A stretch of DNA of 64,000 nt. It comes from Escherichia phage JEP6. The position numbers and the translations under genes are program-made. Below are positions 24,549 through 33,858 of this stretch, piece by piece; position 1 is the first letter of the stretch, and every line of letters begins with the position of its first letter. The notes below the pieces were generated by a model. That model ran no database searches and had not been told where the DNA came from. It saw nothing but the letters and a program-made list of their open reading frames with translations. The DNA lies in the sequence record MT764206.1; one strand, written 5' to 3'.

Positions 24549-25643
24549 ATGGCAATTGTTAAAGAAATAACTACTGATTTAATTAAAAAGTCCGGTGAGA
24601 AAATTTCAGCTGGACAGAGTACTAAATCAGAAGTAGTAACTAAAACATACACTGCCCAGTTTCCAACTGGGCGTGCTAGTGGTAATGACACTACAGGGGA
24701 CTTCCAGGTAACAGATCTATATAAGAATGGATTATTATTTACTGCATACAATATGTCATCTAGGGATTCTGGAAGTCTTAGATCGATGAGATCTAACTAC
24801 TCTTCTTCATCTTCGAGTATTTTACGTACAGCCAGAAACACTATTAGTAGTACAGTATCAAAACTATCAAATGGATTAATATCAAATAATAATTCAGGAA
24901 CAATAAGTAAAGCTCCTGTCGCAAACATTCTTTTACCGAGATCTAAATCTGATGTTGACACATCATCACATAGATTTAATGATGTTCAAGAAAGCCTTAT
25001 CAGTAGAGGCGGAGGTACTGCTACTGGTGTGCTAAGTAATATTGCTTCAACCGCAGTATTTGGGGCACTGGAAAGTATAACACAAGGTATAATGGCTGAT
25101 AATAATGAACAGATTTATACGACAGCCAGAAGTATGTATGGTGGTGCTGAAAATAGAACTAAAGTGTTTACATGGGATTTGACTCCACGTTCAACAGAAG
25201 ATTTAATGGCTATTATTAATATCTATCAATATTTTAACTATTTTTCTTATGGTGAAACAGGTAAATCTCAATACGCTGCTGAAATAAAGGGGTATTTAGA
25301 TGATTGGTATCGTTCTACGTTAATTGAACCTTTATCTCCGGAAGACGCAGCTAAAAATAAAACACTATTTGAGAAAATGACAGCAAGTTTAACGAACGTT
25401 CTTGTAGTTTCAAACCCGACAGTTTGGATGGTGAAAAACTTTGGTGCAACATCTAAGTTTGATGGAAAAACGGAAATATTTGGTCCATGCCAAATACAGA
25501 GCATTAGATTTGATAAAACACCTAATGGTAACTTTAATGGATTAGCTATTGCTCCAAACCTCCCTAGTACATTTACTCTCGAGATTACTATGAGAGAAAT
25601 TATCACGTTAAACCGTGCTTCTTTATATGCGGGGACTTTTTAA
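24549..25643 (+). CDS. 48: Baseplate tail tube cap gp48
   Basis: 364 aa. Confidence 0.92.
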   Translation: MAIVKEITTDLIKKSGEKISAGQSTKSEVVTKTYTAQFPTGRASGNDTTGDFQVTDLYKNGLLFTAYNMSSRDSGSLRSMRSNYSSSSSSILRTARNTISSTVSKLSNGLISNNNSGTISKAPVANILLPRSKSDVDTSSHRFNDVQESLISRGGGTATGVLSNIASTAVFGALESITQGIMADNNEQIYTTARSMYGGAENRTKVFTWDLTPRSTEDLMAIINIYQYFNYFSYGETGKSQYAAEIKGYLDDWYRSTLIEPLSPEDAAKNKTLFEKMTASLTNVLVVSNPTVWMVKNFGATSKFDGKTEIFGPCQIQSIRFDKTPNGNFNGLAIAPNLPSTFTLEITMREIITLNRASLYAGTF

Positions 25644-26566
25644 TGTATTCTTTAGAGGAATTTAATAATCAAGCAATAAACGCAGATTTCCAACGTAATA
25701 ATATGTTTAGCTGCGTTTTTGCAACAACTCCATCAACTAAAAGCTCTTCGTTGATAAGTTCAATTAGCAACTTTTCTTATAATAACTTGGGCCTAAATTC
25801 AAATTGGTTAGGATTAACTCAAGGTGATATTAATCAGGGAATTACCACGCTAATTACAGCTGGCACACAAAAACTGATAAGAAAATCAGGGGTTAGTAAA
25901 TATCTTATTGGTGCCATGAGTCAACGTACTGTCCAGAGTTTATTAGGCTCATTTACAGTTGGTACATATTTAATTGACTTCTTTAACATGGCATATAACT
26001 CATCTGGATTGATGATATACTCTGTAAAAATGCCAGAGAATAGATTATCCTATGAAACTGACTGGAACTATAATTCTCCTAATATTCGTATAACTGGGAG
26101 AGAATTAGACCCTTTGGTTATTTCATTTAGAATGGATTCAGAAGCTTGTAACTATCGTGCAATGCAAGACTGGGTTAACTCCGTTCAAGACCCAGTAACT
26201 GGATTGCGTGCTTTGCCACAAGATGTCGAGGCAGATATTCAGGTTAATCTTCATTCTCGTAATGGATTGCCTCATACTGCGGTGATGTTCACTGGATGCA
26301 TTCCAATATCAGTGAGCGCTCCTGAGTTATCATATGATGGAGATAACCAAATAACTACATTTGATGTTACTTTTGCGTATAGAGTGATGCAGGCTGGAGC
26401 GGTTGATAGGCAAGCTGCGCTTGAATGGCTTGAATCTGCTGCTATAAATGGTATTCAAAGCGTTCTCGGAAATAGTGGAGGTGTTACTGGACTATCTAAT
26501 TCGCTTTCACGACTTAGTAGACTAGGAGGAACCTCAGGAAGCATTTCAAATATTAGTATACTATGA
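25643..26566 (+). CDS. 54: Baseplate tail tube initiator gp54
   Basis: 307 aa, gp19-like fold family. Confidence 0.9.
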   Translation: MYSLEEFNNQAINADFQRNNMFSCVFATTPSTKSSSLISSISNFSYNNLGLNSNWLGLTQGDINQGITTLITAGTQKLIRKSGVSKYLIGAMSQRTVQSLLGSFTVGTYLIDFFNMAYNSSGLMIYSVKMPENRLSYETDWNYNSPNIRITGRELDPLVISFRMDSEACNYRAMQDWVNSVQDPVTGLRALPQDVEADIQVNLHSRNGLPHTAVMFTGCIPISVSAPELSYDGDNQITTFDVTFAYRVMQAGAVDRQAALEWLESAAINGIQSVLGNSGGVTGLSNSLSRLSRLGGTSGSISNISIL

Positions 26567-26614
26567 CAGGGATTGTCAATTCGCAGAGTAAAATATTAGG
26601 AGCAATATAACAAC

Positions 26615-26640
26615 GGGGACCTTTCGGTCCCCATATTTTT
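26615..26640 (+). terminator. Terminator after gene 54
   Basis: GGGGACC-TTTC-GGTCCCC + T-run. Confidence 0.8.
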
Positions 26641-26929
26641 ATTTGCGGAATGAAATGAAAGCAGAAACTGAAGCAACTAAACTGTCTTCAATATAAACTT
26701 CAATTTTTACCGGAGCTTCTGACTCAAATTTACCTGTTACTACACCCTGAAAAATAATTTCAGTCTGTTCTGGCTTTGAAAAATTTTCAGAAGGAAAAAT
26801 TCCGAACTTTTTATCTGTTCCAAAAATTTTAATAAATTCATCGTAAACCGCTTCGTTAAAAGCATTATCAGCAGGAATAACGCCTTCAACTACAAGTTCT
26901 TGACCTAAAAAGCGTAAAGAAGATTTCAT
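26639..26929 (-). CDS. Hypothetical small protein downstream of alt
   Basis: 96-aa ORF with GAGGA RBS, driven by early promoter at 26958-26990. Confidence 0.6.
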   Translation of the reverse strand: MKSSLRFLGQELVVEGVIPADNAFNEAVYDEFIKIFGTDKKFGIFPSENFSKPEQTEIIFQGVVTGKFESEAPVKIEVYIEDSLVASVSAFISFRK

Positions 26930-26957
26930 TTTGTGTTCCTCATGTTATGTCAGTAAG

Positions 26958-26990
26958 ACTACTATAACACAACACGAGGGACTTGTAAAC
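26958..26990 (-). promoter_or_regulatory. Early (sigma70-type) promoter, -35 GTTTAC / -10 TATAGT
   Basis: Minus strand GTTTAC-18nt-TATAGT then GAGGA RBS and ATG 26929. Confidence 0.7.
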
Positions 26991-27347
26991 TACATTTTGA
27001 ACTTTTTAGTACGCGTAATAGGCATGCGTCGATTTTATACTGTTTCATTGTTTGAAGAGCAGTATCAAAAACAGCATTAATGACACCAATTGGATTTCCA
27101 CCCAAGTTTTTAAGCTTAACTAATGATAGTTTCTCATTAACACCTATCATTACGATATGCATCATTTTGTCGCCTGGTTTAACGTTTTATCTGTATCATC
27201 GCCAGAGGTGTATGTACAAAATCTAAATCCAGGAAGCACGCTTTCTTCGCCGGCTTGAATAGCAAAAATTTGTGGTATTTTATGCTTAGGATTTAAGTTA
27301 ACAACCGGCGCCGAAGCGCCGTCAAATAATTATGTAATAAGTTCCAT
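26962..27347 (-). pseudogene. Decayed alt paralog (N-terminal ~130 codons of an Alt-like gene, premature TAA at codon 6 plus a frameshift)
   Basis: Translation MELIT*LFDGASAP..NLNPKHKIPQIF.. then shifted frame MMHIVMIGVNEKLSLVKLKNLGGNPIGVINAVFDTALQTMKQYKIDACLLRVLK parallels Alt residues 1-130. Confidence 0.55.
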
Positions 27348-27350
27348 GAT

Positions 27351-29447
27351 TTATCCTTGAACGAACTTGTAAGGCATGTTTGCAATATCTATGCAAGACG
27401 CAATAATTCCAAGAGATGATTCTACTTTCTGTTTAACATTTGATGAAACAAATGATGCAAAGTCAACTCTGTCTTCTATTTCAATATCACCTGTCATTGC
27501 AACTACTTCACCAGTTTCCATTAGACGGTCACCGTCATAAATTACTGATTCGGTGAGTTCTTCCGTAGTCATAACTTCAGCTTGAATGAGTTTTGTATTA
27601 TTAGATGTTGTTCCGTCATTATTAGAAGCATCAGTTATTTTATTAACTTTGACCATCAATCCACGTGGTAGAATAACTTCAGCTTCTGTTGCTATTCCGA
27701 GACTTCCTGGATATACAACATTAACTTTATGAGCTCCATCAATTGCCCATCCTATTTGAACTTTAACGTATTCAGGATTTTCTTTATACGCTCTTATTTC
27801 GTTTGGATTAATAGTTATTCCTTCTTCATTTTTATCAACTGTCAATTCATTACGAGCTTCTGGTTCTAAAAGACCGATACCAGCATGTGTAATTCCAAAA
27901 CGTCCAAAAATGATAGGAGTTAAAGAAGTAGATACAAAATTTCTGAAATAGAACACTTTATTTTTAACTAGCGCTTCGTATATAGGAGCAGTCATACTTT
28001 GAGCACGATAAACTGTAATGCCTTCTGGTATACGGTCACCATTTTCAAAAGCTGAATCTAAATTATTTATCGCAGATTCAATTTCTTTTTCACTCATTAC
28101 ATCATATCGTGCTGGATTGTAGCGGCCTAAAAGAAGATTATTGATGTCAGTATATCCTGAACCGCAATATTCTCTAATGCCACGCTTTTGTGATGGAGTA
28201 TATTTAGAACCATCGCGGGCAATAGTAATATCAATCATTGGACCAGCACCAATTCCAGAAAAGCTATAAATCATTCGTTTGAGGAATTTAGTTTTTGCTG
28301 CATTCCAGGCATTTTTAGTTATTTCTCCCCAGACTTCATCTGATTGCCCTTTACGAGTTTTATTATGTTTATCAAGCCAAGTATCTTTATATTCTTCAAA
28401 GAATTTATTAATAGCTGCTGCATACTTCTCTAAACATTTTATTGAAGTAGTTGGTTCATTTTTAATCGCATTAAGAATTACATCTTTAATTTTTTCAGAA
28501 ACTTCACCAACCTCACTCATTGGAAAGAATTTATAGTCATAATGAAGTTCATCTGCAGTTCCTTCAGCAATAATTTTTGCTGCCTTAGTTTTAGAAGCTA
28601 ATGAATTAATTCCAAGCTTCATTTCTTCTGCTTCGGGAATTAAAGGAGCTGTAGCAGGTTTATTGAAATTAGCTGCGGTAGATTCATATTTCTGGAATAA
28701 TTCGCTTTCATTACGATAAGATTCTAACGATTGACTTGCCGCAATTGCTCTACGTGAAATTTTAACTTTAACGATTACAGCTTGGTCAGAACGTTTATCA
28801 TTTTCTTGCGCAATAGATGCTGCAATTGCCTCATTTTTAGTTACTTGAGCTCCAGTATCTTTATTGATATAAACATCACCGACCTTCGATTCAACCTTAG
28901 TAAAGAGCTCGGTACTAATTTCCGGAACTCCTGGAATGTCTTCTAGTGATACATTTTTGCGATGTATAAGAATATATGCATACTTTTTATCATAATCCCA
29001 GAGTTCCTTAAGAAGGACGTATCTGCCACCTGAACGACTACGGATAAGTCTATCAGCAATAACTTGAATTTGTCGAGCTTGACCAGCGGTTTTAGACTTA
29101 AGAATACGAAGCATACAAGCATCAATTTTATACTGACGCATCGTTTGCATTGCAACAGTAAAAACCGAATTGATATAATTAATTGGGCTTGGACCAAGAC
29201 CTTTCAATTTAGCAATTGAACCTTTAGCGGTTAATGTAAAAGGAACAATATGCATCATTTTATCGCCCATCTTTAAATCACGATTAGTATCACCTCCAGA
29301 TGTATAGGTACATAAACGAAAGCCCGGTTGTTCAATTGCATCATCAACATGAACTGAAAAAATTTGCGGTATTTTCTTCTTTGGATTTAAGTTTGTAATT
29401 GGAAGAGTAGTATCTTCGTCAAATAATTCTGTAATTAGTTCCATCAT
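27351..29447 (-). CDS. alt: ADP-ribosyltransferase Alt (698 aa)
   Basis: T4 Alt-like; late promoter TATAAATA upstream on minus strand. Confidence 0.9.
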   Translation of the reverse strand: MMELITELFDEDTTLPITNLNPKKKIPQIFSVHVDDAIEQPGFRLCTYTSGGDTNRDLKMGDKMMHIVPFTLTAKGSIAKLKGLGPSPINYINSVFTVAMQTMRQYKIDACMLRILKSKTAGQARQIQVIADRLIRSRSGGRYVLLKELWDYDKKYAYILIHRKNVSLEDIPGVPEISTELFTKVESKVGDVYINKDTGAQVTKNEAIAASIAQENDKRSDQAVIVKVKISRRAIAASQSLESYRNESELFQKYESTAANFNKPATAPLIPEAEEMKLGINSLASKTKAAKIIAEGTADELHYDYKFFPMSEVGEVSEKIKDVILNAIKNEPTTSIKCLEKYAAAINKFFEEYKDTWLDKHNKTRKGQSDEVWGEITKNAWNAAKTKFLKRMIYSFSGIGAGPMIDITIARDGSKYTPSQKRGIREYCGSGYTDINNLLLGRYNPARYDVMSEKEIESAINNLDSAFENGDRIPEGITVYRAQSMTAPIYEALVKNKVFYFRNFVSTSLTPIIFGRFGITHAGIGLLEPEARNELTVDKNEEGITINPNEIRAYKENPEYVKVQIGWAIDGAHKVNVVYPGSLGIATEAEVILPRGLMVKVNKITDASNNDGTTSNNTKLIQAEVMTTEELTESVIYDGDRLMETGEVVAMTGDIEIEDRVDFASFVSSNVKQKVESSLGIIASCIDIANMPYKFVQG

Positions 29448-29467
29448 ATCCTCTCTAGTGTTTATTC

Positions 29468-29475
29468 TATTTATA
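29468..29475 (-). promoter_or_regulatory. Late promoter TATAAATA upstream of alt
   Basis: Exact consensus on minus strand about 20 nt before the alt ATG. Confidence 0.65.
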
Positions 29476-29480
29476 AATTA

Positions 29481-29496
29481 AAGGCCCGAAGGCCTT
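29481..29496 (-). terminator. Hairpin between ligase-region ORF and alt late promoter
   Basis: AAGGCC-CGAA-GGCCTT. Confidence 0.55.
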
Positions 29497-29684
29497 TAAT
29501 AATCTAATGGTAAGAGAGTACGATATATTTCAAACTTTGGCCCTTTTTCATAGGCATCAAATGTTTCTGTAAATTTATTATAAGCGTATGCATCTACAAA
29601 TTCGAGAATGACTTGTGATACAGAAGTAGAAACATCTCCACCTTCTTTTTGAGCAATGACAATTGTTTCTAAGTAAGCTTTCAT
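29496..29684 (-). CDS. Hypothetical small protein between ligase and alt
   Basis: 62-aa ORF, ATGA overlap with ligase stop. Confidence 0.5.
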   Translation of the reverse strand: MKAYLETIVIAQKEGGDVSTSVSQVILEFVDAYAYNKFTETFDAYEKGPKFEIYRTLLPLDY

Positions 29685-31144
29685 AGACCAGTTACCTCAT
29701 GAAAATCGCCAAATACATCTTCGAACGTATTAGCTTTAGTTTTATCTTCGCGTAAACGAATCGCAATCGGAAGAAATAATTTAACGTAATCAGTGCGGCC
29801 ATCAGATTTTAACCAACCGTTGCATTCGCACTCTAGAATTTTTCCAATATAATAATTTTGGTTTTCCATAATGCGAGTACGGTCAAGTTCATGCGATTTT
29901 ACACCGGCTTTATCTTTTAAGCCTGAACCAGCATTTACCTTAATTTTTCCACACTCTGACTCAAGAATAAATCCACCTGCTTTAGTAGGGTCTTTACGGT
30001 GAGGATAAATTCCTACAATTTTTAAATCAACATCAATTACTTCTTTAAATTTATAAAGATTTTTTGAACGGGCATTTTCCCATAACCCATCAACGTTTTT
30101 GAGAATAATACCTTCAAGACCTTGGTCAATATACTTTTTATAAATTACCTTGGCTTCGTCTAGGTTATTTACTACCTGGTTTTCAATTAAAATTACTTTA
30201 TCATATCCTGATGTCATTTGTTCTAGTTTAGAAAAACGTACATCATATTTTAAACGAAACGTCGGAAGACCGTATATTTCTACCAACGGAACATAATCCC
30301 AGACCTGAAACTTCATGCATTGAGCTTCTTTTTCAGAAATGGTTCCCTTTAAAGATTTATTAGCGATTCCATTAGAAGTAGTACGTGATTCAGCTACTTC
30401 GGCGAATTCTTTGGCTTTACTAATTTCAGGATAAGCATCAAAAAGAAAATCTAGGCCTTCTGGCTCCTTTTTAACTTGCTCATGGTATACCAATTCGCCA
30501 TCAATTAACACGCCTTCTGGATGAATCTGGCGGGCTTCTGCAGTCATTTTGATTAATTCTTCCTTAAGAAGATCTAATCCTAGATATTCATTACCGGCTC
30601 GTGATAAAAGACGAACATCATCTAATTCATCACCTCTGACTTCGGCAAAGCACCGAGCCCCATCAGCTTTTAACTGGGCAAAGGCTGGAAATTTGATATT
30701 CTTATTAATGCCTTTTTCATCATAAGAACTTGCAAGCATTTGAGGTTGTTCAGGAATTAAACCTGGCCAAACTTTGTTTGCAATAGATACTGAAGCACCG
30801 CATTCAAGGTCTCGCATCATCACCCGACGCAAAACTTCAACATCATCTTTTTTACCATCGGTGATATATCCAGTTAATTCCTCAATTGCTGCATTTCCAG
30901 TCAATTTCCGAGTAGCTAATGTGAATTCAATGAAGTCAAGCATATCGGTAAGAGTCAACATTCCAAAACTCTGGGTAGTAATACCAGGTTTAGGCCATTT
31001 CTTGATATAATATTGTAACCCACGAGAATAAGTCAGACGATATACTCGTTTAAGCAATTCATTATCTTTATTCTTTTCAAGAATTGCTTGCTTCTGCTTA
31101 GTTGAACCAATAGATGCTATTTCGTTCAGAATTTTAAGAATCAT
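29681..31144 (-). CDS. 30: ATP-dependent DNA ligase gp30
   Basis: 487 aa; adenylation motif region KADGAR; T4 ligase-like. Confidence 0.95.
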   Translation of the reverse strand: MILKILNEIASIGSTKQKQAILEKNKDNELLKRVYRLTYSRGLQYYIKKWPKPGITTQSFGMLTLTDMLDFIEFTLATRKLTGNAAIEELTGYITDGKKDDVEVLRRVMMRDLECGASVSIANKVWPGLIPEQPQMLASSYDEKGINKNIKFPAFAQLKADGARCFAEVRGDELDDVRLLSRAGNEYLGLDLLKEELIKMTAEARQIHPEGVLIDGELVYHEQVKKEPEGLDFLFDAYPEISKAKEFAEVAESRTTSNGIANKSLKGTISEKEAQCMKFQVWDYVPLVEIYGLPTFRLKYDVRFSKLEQMTSGYDKVILIENQVVNNLDEAKVIYKKYIDQGLEGIILKNVDGLWENARSKNLYKFKEVIDVDLKIVGIYPHRKDPTKAGGFILESECGKIKVNAGSGLKDKAGVKSHELDRTRIMENQNYYIGKILECECNGWLKSDGRTDYVKLFLPIAIRLREDKTKANTFEDVFGDFHEVTGL

Positions 31145-31410
31145 TGTTCATCCTTCAGAGTTTGGTTTACAGCTCTATTATAAATCAATTCATCATTAAG
31201 CTCAGTCAAAGACTTATGATATGTGGTTCTAACTTTATTTCCTTGCATCCAGTGCTTGATATAAATGAAACCTTGCTCTACGCATTTTTTAAAAATTCGT
31301 TCGTCTTTTTGAGCTCGGAATTCTGGATTGCATCTAAAAAATTGATTTACGTGACCGTAATCACGTGTAGTATTACCTTCATTTTCATAAATAGTGTGAA
31401 CAACAAACAT
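31141..31410 (-). CDS. Hypothetical protein (T4 30.1 region)
   Basis: 89-aa ORF, translationally coupled. Confidence 0.6.
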   Translation of the reverse strand: MFVVHTIYENEGNTTRDYGHVNQFFRCNPEFRAQKDERIFKKCVEQGFIYIKHWMQGNKVRTTYHKSLTELNDELIYNRAVNQTLKDEQ

Positions 31411-32249
31411 TAGAATGCTCCTTGGAAAATATTATCACCACAAGTAGGTCTATTATACAAATACTCTATACCGCCGGGTTTAATATAGTTCCATGTCTGA
31501 AACGGATGTGTCTGATATGGATGATATAGATGATTATAAGGATTAAATCCAGGAGTTCTCCAGGTAGTGTTCCAACGAAAAGAATCGTTTTTAATCATCT
31601 TTTCAATTACATCTTTTATAGCTTTTTCACTATCAAAACTTTCTTTATTTTCCTTTGGTGAAAAAAGCTTATTCTCTACATCGTTCCATGTATAAACTCG
31701 CTGAGCAGTTTTTGGAATACTGTCACGTTCCCCTCGAGCCATCCAATAAACTGGAACATTTAATATTTCACTCGCATGATCGCAGTGATGAGCGAGATCG
31801 TCAATATAACAAATTACGTTATATTTCTCTTTTGCCTTTTTGAACAGCTCTTCTTTTGAAGAATCATGACCACACATCATTACTTCTGAGAAGGCACCAG
31901 GAAAAAGAGCATTCAAATTAAATTGACGATTCAACAGAGCGTCAATAGAATCACCCAGTGCTGTAACAGCTACAAAATTATAATCTTCTTTTAATTTGTT
32001 AATTACACACAGAGCATCTTTATATGGAGACAAGTAACGAATAAAATCTGAACGATTGTATTTTTCAATTAACTTGACACCAAGTTCTTCATCACAATTA
32101 AAGAGTTTACCTGGAGAAATAAATTTCTCATCTTGGATCATTTTTAAAATATGTTCTAATGGAAGATTATATTTCTGAGCAAAATAAGGAAGACCTGATT
32201 GCCAGCTTAAACATACTCCATCAATATCAGTTAAAATAGTAGGCTTCAT
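31410..32249 (-). CDS. HAD-like phosphatase family protein (T4 30.2 region)
   Basis: 279 aa; N-terminal ILTDIDGV motif (DxDG). Confidence 0.65.
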   Translation of the reverse strand: MKPTILTDIDGVCLSWQSGLPYFAQKYNLPLEHILKMIQDEKFISPGKLFNCDEELGVKLIEKYNRSDFIRYLSPYKDALCVINKLKEDYNFVAVTALGDSIDALLNRQFNLNALFPGAFSEVMMCGHDSSKEELFKKAKEKYNVICYIDDLAHHCDHASEILNVPVYWMARGERDSIPKTAQRVYTWNDVENKLFSPKENKESFDSEKAIKDVIEKMIKNDSFRWNTTWRTPGFNPYNHLYHPYQTHPFQTWNYIKPGGIEYLYNRPTCGDNIFQGAF

Positions 32250-32710
32250 AGAGAGTCTCTTAATAGGTTTAACACATCAATAAATTCAGCTTCGGTTAGT
32301 ATTGTATCATCTTTTGTTAGACCACTAGCCATGCTGTGCTTCAAAACTTTTCCTTTCGAGGCTTGTAATGCATCACGAAAGCCCTTGTTTTGAATCGCTG
32401 CTTCAAAATATGCATTTGTGTATAATTCTTTCCACGCCGGGGAGTATCTTGAAAACGGAACTCCAAGCCAGAAGAGGGTCCCACGGTCCTGAGCTCTAGC
32501 ATAAGACCTTCCAGCTTGTTGAGCGGCAAGCCCGGATAACCCAAATATACGACGTTGTTGTTCAACATTTTTCACCTTGCACCCTTGGAGGAATCCTTCA
32601 AGACCTCCAAATTGAATACCATCCATAACGAAAGGCCATTGGGCGAAATTACTTAATGCACATGATGGCCACCTAAAATTGCTTCTAATCTCTAACTCAG
32701 ACATTTTCAA
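32246..32710 (-). CDS. NADAR (YbiA-like) domain protein (T4 30.3 region)
   Basis: 154 aa; LSNFAQWPFVMDGIQFGGLEGFLQGCK resembles the NADAR signature SNFxxWP..DG...E..FQ..K. Confidence 0.6.
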   Translation of the reverse strand: MKMSELEIRSNFRWPSCALSNFAQWPFVMDGIQFGGLEGFLQGCKVKNVEQQRRIFGLSGLAAQQAGRSYARAQDRGTLFWLGVPFSRYSPAWKELYTNAYFEAAIQNKGFRDALQASKGKVLKHSMASGLTKDDTILTEAEFIDVLNLLRDSL

Positions 32711-32903
32711 TGCTTATAATTTCAACATCAGCCCAATGACCATAGCAAGGAAGACGAAATTCAACTGGCCAGTTAGGGTCCTTTTCTAATATAATAGACT
32801 TAACTTGCGGTTCTTCATGTTCATCAGTATATGGATTTTTATCCGTTACTTTATATGTGACCTTAATGTACTGAATTCCAAAAATCTTATTAATTATATT
32901 CAT
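32697..32903 (-). CDS. Hypothetical small protein
   Basis: 68-aa ORF, coupled overlaps. Confidence 0.5.
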   Translation of the reverse strand: MNIINKIFGIQYIKVTYKVTDKNPYTDEHEEPQVKSIILEKDPNWPVEFRLPCYGHWADVEIISIENV

Positions 32904-33097
32904 ACTAATTCCTTTAATCCGTAAATAGGAGATAATTCATCACCCATACGAAGGTCTTCATTTCCATCTACCCAGGAAACAATATAAGCCTCTTTTATTT
33001 GAATACCACTCCATTTAAATGGAGGTAGAACCTTAGAAATTAATCCAGGTATACCAACTCCCTTTAATTCAACAGTTTGACCTAAAAAGAATTTCAT
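32900..33097 (-). CDS. Hypothetical small protein
   Basis: 65-aa ORF. Confidence 0.5.
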   Translation of the reverse strand: MKFFLGQTVELKGVGIPGLISKVLPPFKWSGIQIKEAYIVSWVDGNEDLRMGDELSPIYGLKELV

Positions 33098-33384
33098 TAG
33101 AACCTCATCTGAAAGCCATGTGATTTAACATTACCGCCGCCAATATCAGAAATGTTAATTTCACGCGCAATTGAAGGGTCAATGTCAATTTCACGATTGA
33201 GTTTAGCGATAGCTAAAGTATCGCGCCCATTTACAGTACGGAACTCTAAAGGACAGACTACATTAACATAGTTTTTAATCGATTCACTGGTAGGTTGCAA
33301 ATGAGCAGGAAGGTCTTTAGGCGCCTTTGAGAAAACCACTTCACAGAAATTTTTGCGGGTGTCAAAATAAGTAGTCATAAACAT
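33097..33384 (-). CDS. Hypothetical protein (start ATG 33384 with GAGGAAAA RBS; ORF track start 33435)
   Basis: Hairpin 33401-33415 precedes the RBS. Confidence 0.55.
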   Translation of the reverse strand: MFMTTYFDTRKNFCEVVFSKAPKDLPAHLQPTSESIKNYVNVVCPLEFRTVNGRDTLAIAKLNREIDIDPSIAREINISDIGGGNVKSHGFQMRF

Positions 33385-33424
33385 AGTATTTTCCTCAATA
33401 GGGGGCCGAAGCCCCTGTTTTATT

Positions 33425-33790
33425 TTAAATATCAAATTCGTTAAGAACTACATCAAAGATTGCTTCAAGATGCTCAGGTTTAGCTCTGTTACTCAAAATA
33501 TGACGAATCCAAGTTTTAACCAGAAGCTTACGATTGACGCCATTCCAGCAAGGATGAGTACCTAAATCACGTTGACGGAAATCATCATCTAATGCGATTT
33601 TAAAAGAAGAACCTTCTTTCGTGATTGAAACCGTGATGCCATTTTCAAATCGCATATAAACGTAATTAGGAGTCATATACTGTTCAATTTCGCATACTGA
33701 TCCATTTTGATGTTTCCAAAGGCAGATAGTATCAATAGAACCTGCAATACCGTTAGAAACATATTTACGTTCAAAGTTGATGTAGTTCAT
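33425..33790 (-). CDS. Hypothetical protein (121 aa)
   Basis: Early promoter 33822-33856 and GGAG RBS upstream. Confidence 0.6.
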   Translation of the reverse strand: MNYINFERKYVSNGIAGSIDTICLWKHQNGSVCEIEQYMTPNYVYMRFENGITVSITKEGSSFKIALDDDFRQRDLGTHPCWNGVNRKLLVKTWIRHILSNRAKPEHLEAIFDVVLNEFDI

Positions 33791-33821
33791 TTTTATTCTC
33801 CGAGATGTTTAATTGCGGTAC

Positions 33822-33856
33822 AGGTATATAATATCATATCCTGTACCAAAGTAAAC
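33822..33856 (-). promoter_or_regulatory. Early promoter (GTTTAC -35) upstream of ORF 33425-33790
   Basis: GTTTAC at 33856-33851 (minus), AT-rich -10 region. Confidence 0.6.
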
Positions 33857-33858
33857 AA

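Noticed and set aside
31144-31413. 89-aa plus-strand ORF
   Set aside because: Exact antisense of the 89-aa minus-strand ORF (31141-31410), which fits the co-directional, translationally coupled early gene string
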